From Blastocystis sp. subtype 4 (lineage: Eukaryota), in assembly GCF_000743755.1 (NCBI RefSeq), contig NW_014569530.1:54672-74671 (forward strand): a stretch of DNA of 20,000 bases. The letters are read 5' to 3'. Below the pieces are notes generated by a model. That model saw nothing but the letters and a program-made list of their open reading frames with translations, ran no database searches and was not told the origin of the DNA. The stretch's first letter is position 1. Each line of letters starts with the position of its first letter. Below, in pieces: positions 10,524 to 20,000 of this stretch. Position numbers and translations under genes: made by a program.

Positions 10524-12439
10524 TCAGAATCCTAAACCGAAAGCATTTCCTACAGCAGACGTGCGCGTTTTCGTCTCACTAGCACGTCTCTTCACAGCAT
10601 CAATGTATTGCTGGAGTGGAGGAACAGTTACACTTTTCTTTTGACGAATGCAATTGGATACCCATGCTCTTTCAGCGATCTCGCAACTGTCACGAATATC
10701 ACGACCACTCATTCCCTCTGACATTGAAGCCAGTTGTTCTAACTCCGAATCCGATAGTTGTTTGGCATATCGACTAAAGATCTGTTTTCGTGCTTCCGCA
10801 TCAGGTAGACCAAAATGGAGCTGAAGGTCAAATCTACTCAAAAGTGCAGCATCCAAATCTTGTTTCCGATTAGTGGCACAGATAAGAATACTTCGTTTTG
10901 TGTTCACGCTATCCTTGTTGAGATTACTGTTGTCGAATCCTTCCAGGAATCGAAGCATCACAGATAACAATCGTCGTGTCACTTCATTCATTTGGTCATT
11001 ATCTCGACTTGTAACGACTGCATCAATCTATGGTCAATATAACTTATCATTTTCACCTCATCAATAAAGATAATACAGTTATCAATCTCATTGCAGAGTT
11101 GGAGAATGGCATTCAAACGTTTCTCACTTTCACCATAGTACTTGTTAACAATACTCTCAAGAGGAATATGTCTACATTACATTCAACTGATTCGCATTAC
11201 ACTAAGATGATATTGCTCTCTTGAGCAATGATACGAGCAATACTTGTCTTTCCTGTTCCTGGAGGTCCTTCAAACAGTAACGAACGAGGTAAAGGACAAG
11301 TATAGCTGCAATTCAGAAAAACCTCAATCAATCACTTTTTGCGTGTCTTTCTAGCAATCTCCCGATACTTCTCTGGATACTTAATGGAGAGGATAATCGT
11401 ATCTTTAATGTCCTTTCAATTAGAAGGTAAAACTACGAGTACTTGTTTGATCTGATCATATCCAGCAATCTGATCCCAGATATCTTCGTTTTCATCTGTT
11501 TGCGACCCTGATAGAGTAGATGGTGTATATACACCAACTCCCATGGATTCTAGTCGACTGATTATTTCCTGAGTAATCAGTTTTATAATAAGCTTACAGC
11601 TGTTCGTGAATTTTCGGCCTCAATCGAAGTAGCATCGCTATGAGTCATGATTACTCAATACACTCACTATTGACATTTCATACAATACTCAAAGATATGA
11701 GAAATGATATCATTGTCACGTTTGCTAAAGCTGTTGTCGGCAAAACTAGACTCAAAGAAAAGTGATTCCACATACAAGGAAATACGACCCTCACGTCCAT
11801 CAAAGAGAATTTCAATAGATCGTTTTCCATCTCCATATCTATCCATAATATCTACTACAGAATACTACATAAGAGAAATGGACGCATAACTATTGTCTTG
11901 CGTCACTTCTTCAATGGATACTTCACCATCCTCCTATCATCATAATCATTCCAGATATCTACGTGAAGCATAGTTATCAATTCAGACAGAAGAGAGAAGA
12001 CATTTACATAACTGGAGAAGCTAAATGACACCATAAGAACACCGTTATCATTATGATACGATATCTAAATAATGGGAACATACGACAGCAATACGGGAAA
12101 GGAACGAACACTTGGATAGTTCTTGCGAATTGCTTCTAATCGTCCTTTCAACTCTCTCATTTCCTTTGCATCTCGAGGATCGTTCACATATCCCATAAAA
12201 CCAGCGAATGTTAGTCCGCCAAGAGTAAACGAAGCTCCCTTAAAGAAGGCTCTAGCCCTTCCCTTGTTGCTGATTTCCTTTACAGCAACCTTCGCTTCGT
12301 TGGCTGCCCGTGAGATTGCAAACGTACGACAACTGAGTGACGCTGCTCGAGAGAATCCTTTTTGGAAAACAGGGCGGAACACGTTTCCATGTACAGTAGC
12401 ACCGACACCTCGTGTAATTCCAGTGATGAATCGCTGCAT
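10524..12439 (-). CDS. AAA+ ATPase with N-terminal mitochondrial-type presequence and hydrophobic segment
   Basis: MQRFITGITRG...: Arg/Ala/Ser-rich leader with few acidic residues, then hydrophobic FFKGASFTLGGLTFAGFMGYV. WDQIAGYDQIK, Walker A GPPGTGKT (11268-11245), ATNRKQDLDAALLSRF (SRH) and MSGRDIRDSCEIAERAW. From memory it resembles the plant At4g04180-type single-domain AAA family. Confidence 0.85.
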
Positions 12440-12545
12440 CAAAGTGATTGTGATTATCGAACAGATCCAGAATCCACTTCTATTTACATTATAGTTCCTA
12501 ACAAACACTTCTGATAACAGAAAAGTAAGAAAATTCACTTAACTT

Positions 12546-12803
12546 TTAAATCCGAGTGTTTGCTCTCATCCTCTCTTCACAACCTTTCCAAATATTTGCA
12601 AGATACTCCATATTCGATTGGTATTGCAAAACTCCCTATTCTTCACTCAACTCCACTTCAACTACATCCATTTGTACTACAAGATCAGCCAATTCTTGAG
12701 ACAATCGATCAATGGAATTGGTAACTCGTTTGATCAGAACCTCTTGTCGTTGTTCTTGAGGATCTGCAACATGAATCAATTTCCTCTAGTTCATACCCTG
12801 CAT
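12546..12803 (-). CDS. Small helical protein resembling DASH/Dam1 complex subunit Dad4 (64 aa)
   Basis: Exons 12803-12797, 12763-12666 and 12635-12546 (introns 33 and 30 nt) give MQDPQEQRQEVLIKRVTNSIDRLSQELADLVVQMDGVLQYQSNMEYLANIWKGCEERMRANTRI*. It has its own TGTTTGTT at 12507-12500. Confidence 0.65.
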
Positions 12804-12872
12804 GAAATGAGTGACAAAATTCTAACCACTAACGATTCAATGAATCAACAAACAGATAACATTAAAAGAACA

Positions 12873-13428
12873 TTACTTTGCATAGGCACTAACATACTCT
12901 ACATTGCCATTCTTATCTACACGAGTCTTCTTGATCTGTTTCAACTGCTTCTTGCTCATCTTCTTCAATTTATTGGTATCCCGAATCTAGAAATCGCCTC
13001 TACTCCACAATTCTACCGTTTGCACCTTCATAGACTTGATCTCATTCTGCTCTCTGCGAGCCCTTCGTTCCTCAATCTGTTGGCGTCTTTGCTACATACT
13101 TAATTTCAAATGATCAATATGTACCCGCTTTTCTTCAATACGCCTTTCGGTAATACTTTTCTCCAACTCTTTTGTTCGTTGAAGCCGTTTTCTCCTTTCT
13201 TCCTTTTCTTGCCAAGAAGTTTTGATTTGAAGTGCACCATTCGTTGCAAACAAGGAGAATCTATTTGTTATACTTCTATTCGATTCTTTACTTTTGTTCG
13301 TGCTTCTTTCGCCAAACTTTTCCTGCTGCACCAATTCCTTGAGGAATCACTGTTTTCTTCTCCTTCTTTTCCACACTTTCCGTCTTGATTTGATCGTTTT
13401 GGATTCCTTCAGCTGAATTGTCGCTCAT
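12873..13428 (-). CDS. Cgr1/CCDC86-family nucleolar rRNA-processing protein
   Basis: Spliced product (three introns) reads ...PQGIGAAGKVWRKK...RFS...KTSWQEKEERRKRLQRTKELEKSITERRIEEKRQRRQQIEERRARREQNEIKSMKVQTIRDTNKLKKMSKKQLKQIKK. Stop TAA 12875-12873; TGTTTGTT at 12854-12847. Confidence 0.82.
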
Positions 13429-13688
13429 TTGGATGGCTATTACGCACAATTCTGAGAATGACCGAAATTGGGTCTTGATTTGTCTTTTTTAGATCGAATA
13501 ATGGGGTTGAATTTTGTCAATTTGTGGATGATTCCTCTTGTGTTTCTCTTGAGGACGAGTAGCTGTTATTACTTGCGTGTTATATTGATAATAGTCTTGT
13601 ACAACAATGCCTTGAATGACACATTACTTCTATCCTTGTTTTGTCACTATTAACCGAAAGAAACGAACACTGTTGAATAGTTTGTTTA

Positions 13689-13809
13689 TATCAGAGGGGT
13701 TTAAAGTGGAGTGCGTAACAAGGTGTAGTTCCACTTATCTTCACTGTTCTGCAAAGCAGATAGGAAAAACCAGTCTCATCACTAAATAGAAACCTTTTAA
13801 AGAAGGATC
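13689..13809 (-). ncRNA. SNORD13: U13/snR45 (SNORD13)-like box C/D snoRNA, predicted guide for 18S rRNA helix-45 cytidine acetylation
   Basis: Minus strand in order: GAUCCUUCU (13809-13801) and AGGUUU (13795-13790), antisense to the 18S 3' end; box C GUGAUGA (13782-13776); ACCUUGUUACG (13724-13714), antisense to 18S CGUAACAAGGU and enclosed by stem AAGUGGA/UCCACUU; box D CUGA (13694-13691). Same element order as vertebrate U13. Exact ends are approximate. Confidence 0.88.
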
Positions 13810-13832
13810 GATTATTCTGTTGTCGTTGGTGC

Positions 13833-13838
13833 TATATA
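13833..13838 (-). promoter_or_regulatory. TATA-like element upstream of the snoRNA
   Basis: TATATA in a GC-richer context (GGGGGTATATAGC), about 24-29 nt upstream of the predicted snoRNA 5' end. Confidence 0.4.
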
Positions 13839-13926
13839 CCCCCTCTTACTACCCATAATGAAAAATATTGTTTTCGTTCACATTGAATTATCTTACTCAA
13901 ATCGTTTAGTTAAACAAACAAGAATG

Positions 13927-16900
13927 TTATTCTATCAGTGACATATGGATCTTCCTTAAAACAGAACGAGATACAGTTACATCCATTCTTGACTGGAATG
14001 GAGTAGACGCGAATGGAAGTCTTGTAGCGATCGACGAAGGAAGTGTGAGAGATGCAACAACATGAGATGGTTTAGGGGATCCAAGATGAAGAGGTGGTCG
14101 TTTTACTGCAATCACATCAGCTAACTTCGAAAAATACTGAATGGATTCCTAGACTGATATACCCAACAAACTTCTACTTGTTTCTCTCGGAAATTAGAAG
14201 CAAACACACTCGCCAGATCCACTATCGAAGTATTCGCTGCTTCTTGCAGGAGCGATGATCTACAGTCAAGGCAATCCTTCATAGTTACGATACACATCCT
14301 TCTAATAATGAAGGAGATTCTGAAGACGAATCATGAATTTGTGGGAATTGACGAAGTTGTGTGCGAACCTGGTCAGCAAAAGCACGCTGGAGATTCCTAT
14401 TATCACACCCTCTCTTCAGTCCTACCGTTTCATTAGACGAACCTTCTCATTGCTTACATCTTCCCTTGATCGCTGTTCAGGACGCGATCGAAGCTCAATC
14501 AGCTCCTTCTTCAGTTGCGTACTCTCACGTAATAAGGCCTTAGCTTCATTACGTTTCTTTTCCAATGCCTCTCGAAGTTGCATCTCATCGTCGCCAGTGG
14601 TATTCATACGTAACTCCAAGGCCTCCTTCTTCTGAACCAACTGCTCGAGAAGCAATGTTCGGGCATGTGTCAGATCCATCACCTCTCTTTGCAGCACAGA
14701 AGCATGATCTTCAGCCTCCTTCACAGTTCGTTCCAGCATTTCTTGTCGTTCCTTCATTGCCTGACTTGAGCTTGTTTCCAGTTTCTCTCGCAATGACTCT
14801 GCTTGGGGAGCAAGAGGAGCAACAGGACTATCTGATTTCTCACCTGCTGGATTCACAATCCCTGTTACAAAGAAATCACTAGTTGTCACAATTCGGATGT
14901 TTTTCTGTAAGTGCAGAATTCGAGACAATATATTCTTTTGGGAAGATGGAGCCGCAACCGTTTCTTCAATGAATTTCTGGATACTGGCCTCATGATGATC
15001 AAAGACAATAGAACACAAGAGAGATTTCTGAGGACGAGCAAGCGTTGTAATATGTTTAAAGACATCCATACACTCTTCTCGTAATCTCTTCACAGAGTTC
15101 CATAATGCATGATTATCCAAACAAGTTAACGATGAAGAAGACAAGACATTTGTATCTCCTTCAACATGGATTGAAGGTGTACCTAAATAACCATCAGCTT
15201 CAATCCGTTGACAAAGTGAATCTACCTTCTCTGAGAGAGATTGAATACCAATGAATGTATCCTGAAGAGTTGTACAAAGAGAACGAATGCCTTCAAGGAG
15301 TGATTGCTGAGATGAAGTCTCAAGTGCATCTTGCTGTATAATTTCTTTCTCATTTACTCGGAGGAGACATATTAGTAAGAGTAATTGGAATTCCATTTCC
15401 ATACAGTCATAACGAGTAATCAGTATGTTATGATTACGACGCCAGACAAGGTCTCCCTTTCCTCCTTCTGTCCGAAGAAACCCTTGGAATACAGCAAGAG
15501 AAGTGACTTGTTCTCGAGTAATAGACCAGACTTCCGTCTTTACGACTCCACGAGAAGAATCAATCACATGATAGAGGAACTGAAGAAGAGTTTCAACAGG
15601 AGTATGAGAGTCACTTAAGAGTTGATTGAAGGTGGATGGAGAGATACGGGGATTGGAGAGAATCTGCAGATACTGCTGGACAACCGAGAGTGTCTGTACG
15701 ACATAAAGAATACACTTAGAATAGGATGATACAAGTGGAAGAGATAATGACAGTGAATTTGATTGGAGAAGAGAGTGATTGCGATGAAGTACTTCGGAAG
15801 CGAGATCCCGAAGTAGAATTAGATTCGAATAATCAACGAGTTGGGTAGTAAAGAAGTGAGCGATAGAAGGAAGACATTTCTGCACCACTTCGAATTGAAA
15901 TGCCAATTGCTGTTTCTATCTATGAGACTTGTTACAGGGAAATACTTCTGCTTGAATAACACCCAATGAGATTTGATTCTGAGTTAGTTCTTCAGTTAGC
16001 ATTTGAATTCGTTGGGATTGCTATAGATCATCAATATTCATCAATTTGACATCTTCACTAGTTACTGGAGTTGGATATTCCGGCTTTCGCAACTAGATTT
16101 CTCAATCGTGATCAAATCACTACCTGATAGGCATATTCTTGTTCTAATCGTTCCTTCTCTTGGAGAACAGACTGAAAAGCAAGAGCGATATTCTGTAACA
16201 TATGTTCCTTTTCATCCAACTGCTGTTTGTTTCCTTCAATAACTGTACTGTATTCACGAATCAGATCTTCGTCTAATTGTAGTAATTCCTATATATTACT
16301 TTCCTCCCATTCATTGACTCTCGTTTTCTCAGTCTCTTGTTTCAGTGTCTCAATTAATTTTGCATCATCTTCCGACATTATTGGTGTTGCTGCTAATTGC
16401 GCCTATAACTCAGTGAACGTCAAACGAATATCACTTTTAGAGAGTCAATTTCGGTTCTGTACTGTGCGCACAGCTGACTCAGTTCAGATCGTTCTCCATT
16501 CTCAATAGAATGGAGTCGAGTACTCAACTCCTGAACTTCCTTTTCCAAAGATTGTCGATCCTGTTCACTCTTTGAGTACAATTTTACAATAACTTCCTTC
16601 AATTGCTGATTCTCACTTTGAAGCTGAATCAATTTTGCTTCATCTTTGGATTCTGACGAAGAGTTATTCAAGAGTTCATAGAGCCTTCTATCTCTCAGAT
16701 TCATCAAATACATATACATATTCTCTCCTAAAACAGATTCAATTTCTCTTTCCAGACCTGCTATTCTCTTTTCACATGAAGATAACTCCGTCTGCATTTG
16801 AGATTGCTGGATTACAGCTGCATCTCGTTCATCTCGTACCTACATTGATTACTTATCCCACATATCTACAAAATCTAGCTTCTTCTTAAGAAAGGAATTC

Positions 16901-16932
16901 TCCTCTTGAAGAATCGATAATTCCCCTGACAT
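13927..16932 (-). CDS. Large coiled-coil protein, possibly dynactin p150(Glued)-like without CAP-Gly
   Basis: ATG 16932 (MSGELSILQEENSFLKKKLDF). Architecture is N-terminal coiled coil, helical middle domain (ORF 14422-15906), second coiled coil, and C-terminus ...MDVTVSRSVLRKIHMSLIE*. TGTTTGTT at 13920-13913. The gene itself is well supported; the family assignment is tentative. Confidence 0.6.
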
Positions 16933-17132
16933 TGGGCTTCTTTAGATGTGTAACAAGCACTGAGAGGAGAATGGGAAGTAATACGAATGTGATTCTGACT
17001 CCGATGACAAGAGGAATACCACAAATCCAGGCTATTTTGATGATTGGATCAACAGTTCTTTTCTCTTCATTTCCTTAACAACATTTATTCGTTCGGCAAA
17101 GTCAAACAAACATACTCTATAAATCGATTGAA

Positions 17133-17857
17133 TTACTGTTGTGCTATCACTTCTGTGATCACAGGATAACGGGGAACACCCTTCTCACCATTTGCATTGG
17201 GGAGGATCCACTATCCATTAGTTCACAAGCCAACCCTCACTTTTTCCCAATTTACTTTGGGACGAACCGTATGTCGTGTCTTATCGACTTCAGCAAAAGA
17301 ACTGTCAGCCAATACCTCCATAAGGAAGGAAGCATCAACTTCAAAACTCTGAATAGCGGGAATAAAAAGAAGCAGAGGAACAGGAAAATAACCTTCCACA
17401 TCCATATAAGGACGAAGGAAGGTATCAAACGAAAGATACTTCTCTGAGAAAACAAACTCACTAATCTTTATTACAAGCAACCGCAAATACAGTTTAGGAA
17501 GCAATGAGGTTCGGATCATTCGCTTTCCAAGTTCTGAAGAGAAATCAGTGTAACTACACAATAATCCGGTTTTATTGCATCTTACAAGACTCCATTAAGA
17601 ACATATCCACCATCTACCGCTTTGGCACCATAAGGGAGACGATGTTCTACAAGTAACCAAAAGAATGAACTTTCAACGTTTTCTTTTACCTCTCTTATTT
17701 GAGTTTCTACCAATAATCAACAAATACAACGATTCCACCTACCTTGGTTCTTCTTCCACGATTGTTGCAGGAACCAATACATATGTAGATTTTTGTTCCT
17801 ACCAGGATCAGATCTATCTATTGAACAACTTACAGTCTTCTTTCCTTCTTCACTCAT
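17133..17857 (-). CDS. Small La-motif (LAM) protein, La-related
   Basis: Spliced product (~6 introns) contains LEFVFSEKYLSFDTFLRPYMDVEGYFPVPLL...FLMEVLADSSFAEVDKTRHTVRPKVNWEKW, matching the La-motif pattern. ATG 17857, stop TAA 17135-17133, TGTTTGTT at 17112-17105. Confidence 0.78.
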
Positions 17858-17926
17858 CTTTTTTCTGTCTTTTATTCTACTTATCTCTAACGATATCTTT
17901 TTGAGAAGATTTTTTTGTGCTATTTC

Positions 17927-18593
17927 ATGTCTTCCGACAAGAATAAGTCGTCTAGTGTCGATGAAGAGTTGAGAAGAATGGCAATTGAAGTGAACATCGG
18001 GAATTGGAGATAATGACTAGAGCCTTATGAAAGAATCTTCCAAGCGACATGAATTGGCTGAGCTTATTGGGTCTGAAGCGTATGCTGCTGTATTCAATGG
18101 CTTAAGATTTGATGATTAGAATCGATATTGTCCGGGAAAGACGGATCAGGGATTCGTTCGACGGCAGTTGATGCAGTACTTTTCTTTCTCTCTGATTTAA
18201 TCATAGTGTATTAGGACATAACAAACGATGGGTATTGTTGTAGTTACAATCCATAATATGTAGGAGGAAGAGAAGTGTTGGGCAATAAAGAAGAATATGG
18301 AAAAACTGGATAGAGAGTTAGACTAAGTTTGTGTTGTCATTCGTAGACAATCACGGAAACGACCTTCTCCTGTGGCAGATGACAAATACAAGGCCGAAAA
18401 AGAATATTGGATGGCGAAGAAGGAGAAGAAGTTTGCTGAAGCGGAGGAGAAGCCAGATAGTCTTTTATTTCCTACGATTGCTAGCTGTACATCAAGTGAT
18501 GAAGAGAAGGAAGTGAAAGTGAAGCATAAGCATCGACATCGTCATCACCATCACAAACATAAATCATGTCCTATTTGTTTAAGAAACAGATAA
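17927..18593 (+). CDS. Uncharacterised basic protein resembling the POLR1D isoform-2-like family, with His/Lys-rich tail
   Basis: Five ~30-nt introns give MSSDK...EELRRMAIESLMKESSKRHELAELIGSEAYAANRYCPGKTDQGFVRRQLMHVLGHNKRWEEEKCW...KHKHRHRHHHHKHKS. Genomic stop is TAA 18591-18593; a poly(A)-made stop at T18567 is also possible. Confidence 0.6.
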
Positions 18594-18604
18594 GAATACA
18601 GAAA

Positions 18605-19633
18605 CTATGTAACAATCTCACCACCCTCATCTTTAACAATGATCGTGTGTTCAAACTGAGCACAACGACCGTTATCCTTTGTCGCCACCGTCCATCCATC
18701 TGGCCACACAAATGTCTCACCACTTCCTTCTACAAGCATGGGTTCAATGGTGAAGACCTGATCTACGAATTATTACAACGCTATTTCCCTACTCTTCACC
18801 ATCTTTCCACCATAGTTGTTCTTAAAATGGAGAATGTACGGCAACATATGCATATATCGGCCAATTCCATGACCACAATAATCCCGCACTCTATTCCGTA
18901 ACCATGCCAAAAAATAGGTACACTCCAAATCCGTTACGAGTAGCAACCTCTTCAATCACACGGCCAATCTCGAAATAATCCACTCCAGGTTTGCATATCT
19001 TGATAGCCTCCTCCATAGCCTCTTTGGTCGTTGCAATCAATTTCTTTCCCTTTTCATCCACATTTCCACAAGCGAACGTCCGACATGTGTCGCCATGCCA
19101 GCCACGCACATACATCACCAAATCCACCTTCACAATATCACCATCGACAAGTTCGGTGCTGTCGGGAATAGAATGACATACAACCTCGTTTACACTGATA
19201 GCCATACTCTTCGGAAAACCACCATATCCAAGACAACTAGGATAGAATCCCAGACTCATTGCATATTCGTGAGCCTATAATAATTACCAATCATCAGTAC
19301 TACCGTTTTGTCAATATAATCCAGTGTTACTCCAGGCTTTACAAGAGTTCCAGCAAACTCACACACCTTCCGAGCGATTCTTCCAGCGCTACGCATTGCT
19401 TCAATTTCCTAAAATTCAATAAACGGAAAGATCCCTACATAATCGTTTAGAACAGAAATCTCTGTTTGAGTAGGTTCATCTTTTCCAGTACGCACGTAAC
19501 TGGGAACTATCATCTCAGGTGGGTATGTATTCATTGGGGATACAACTCCCTTTGTGATCAAACGACGACTGGATGTAGAAAGCAATCTGGATAATGGCTT
19601 CACGATACTAGCACGGTTGATCAAACCCAACAT
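18605..19633 (-). CDS. Methionine aminopeptidase type 1, mitochondrial-type (MetAP1D-like)
   Basis: Presequence [24 protein letters not shown]. Motifs [52 protein letters not shown] and [21 protein letters not shown]. Stop TAG 18607-18605. Confidence 0.93.
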
Positions 19634-19892
19634 GACTAAAAGAACTCTTATTGTGAATGGTTTCTCTGTTTCCACATTTGAAGAAATGGGATATTCTCAA
19701 TTTAGCGAGTGATATACATTAATAGCATATATATGGAGTCTTTATATGTGTTACCATCCTATCTCTTAAGAAATAAATAAACAATTACAACATCCTATAA
19801 AAGCTATTTCGAATCACTATAATTAAGGATCATATAATCATAATGGGCCCTTTATCCTTTTCTGGACAAGTAATCTGCCATTTGTTGTTAGA

Positions 19893-20000
19893 ATGTTCAG
19901 TGCTTCCAGAAACGTGTTCCAGCGTGTCTCCCGGATGGCCATGAGAAGTGGTGTCTCTCAAATGAACATGGCTACCACTGCTTCTAAAACCTATAACAAA
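19893..20000 (+). CDS. 5' end of a gene with a mitochondrial-type targeting peptide (3'-truncated)
   Basis: MFSASRNVFQRVSRMAMRSGVSQMNMATTASKTYNK is open to the window edge, Arg/Ser/Ala-rich with no acidic residues, and divergent from MetAP. Confidence 0.6.
   Translation, partial: MFSASRNVFQRVSRMAMRSGVSQMNMATTASKTYNK

Noticed and set aside
12618..13653. Plus-strand hydrophobic ORFs (12618-13103, 13110-13388, 13468-13653)
   Set aside because: Antisense to the Lys/Glu-rich Cgr1 and Dad4-like genes or in spacer sequence, with no recognisable motifs and in two cases non-ATG starts.
13714..13724. CGTAACAAGGT as an rRNA gene fragment
   Set aside because: Only 11 nt match with no flanking rRNA sequence. 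It is better explained as the snoRNA antisense element.
4619..17857. Apparent cluster of RNA-processing genes (U2AF35, Sen1-like, GAR1, Cgr1, snoRNA, La)
   Set aside because: Mixed orientations, interspersed unrelated genes, and a common functional class in a compact genome. No evidence of co-regulation.
1..20000. Pseudogenes, frameshifts or a non-standard genetic code suggested by fragmented ORFs
   Set aside because: The breaks I examined are resolved by ~28-35-nt GT/GC-AG introns under the standard code.

Overview
Gene-dense, AT-rich eukaryotic nuclear DNA, very probably Blastocystis (stramenopile). The organism call is inferred from ubiquitous ~28-35 nt introns (mode 30 nt), very short intergenic spacers, and a TGTTTGTT motif at gene 3' ends. 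The six-frame ORF track is fragmented by these introns. Manual splicing gives about 15 protein genes: a Cys-rich type I membrane protein (5'-truncated), phospholipid scramblase, a secreted unknown protein, a Coq11/NDUFA9-like SDR, U2AF35, a Sen1-like helicase, GAR1, an organelle-targeted AAA ATPase, a Dad4-like microprotein, Cgr1/CCDC86, a long coiled-coil protein (possibly dynactin p150-like), a La-motif protein, a POLR1D-isoform-2-like protein, mitochondrial-type MetAP, and the start of another organelle-targeted gene. Three highlights: (1) an intergenic U13/snR45 (SNORD13)-type box C/D snoRNA with antisense elements to 18S rRNA helix 45; (2) at least three genes whose stop codon appears to be created by polyadenylation, two of which converge on one 15-bp palindromic 3'-end signal; (3) a 64-aa DASH/Dam1 Dad4-like gene that is absent from the ORF track. 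All exon boundaries and homology calls were made by eye, without database searches.
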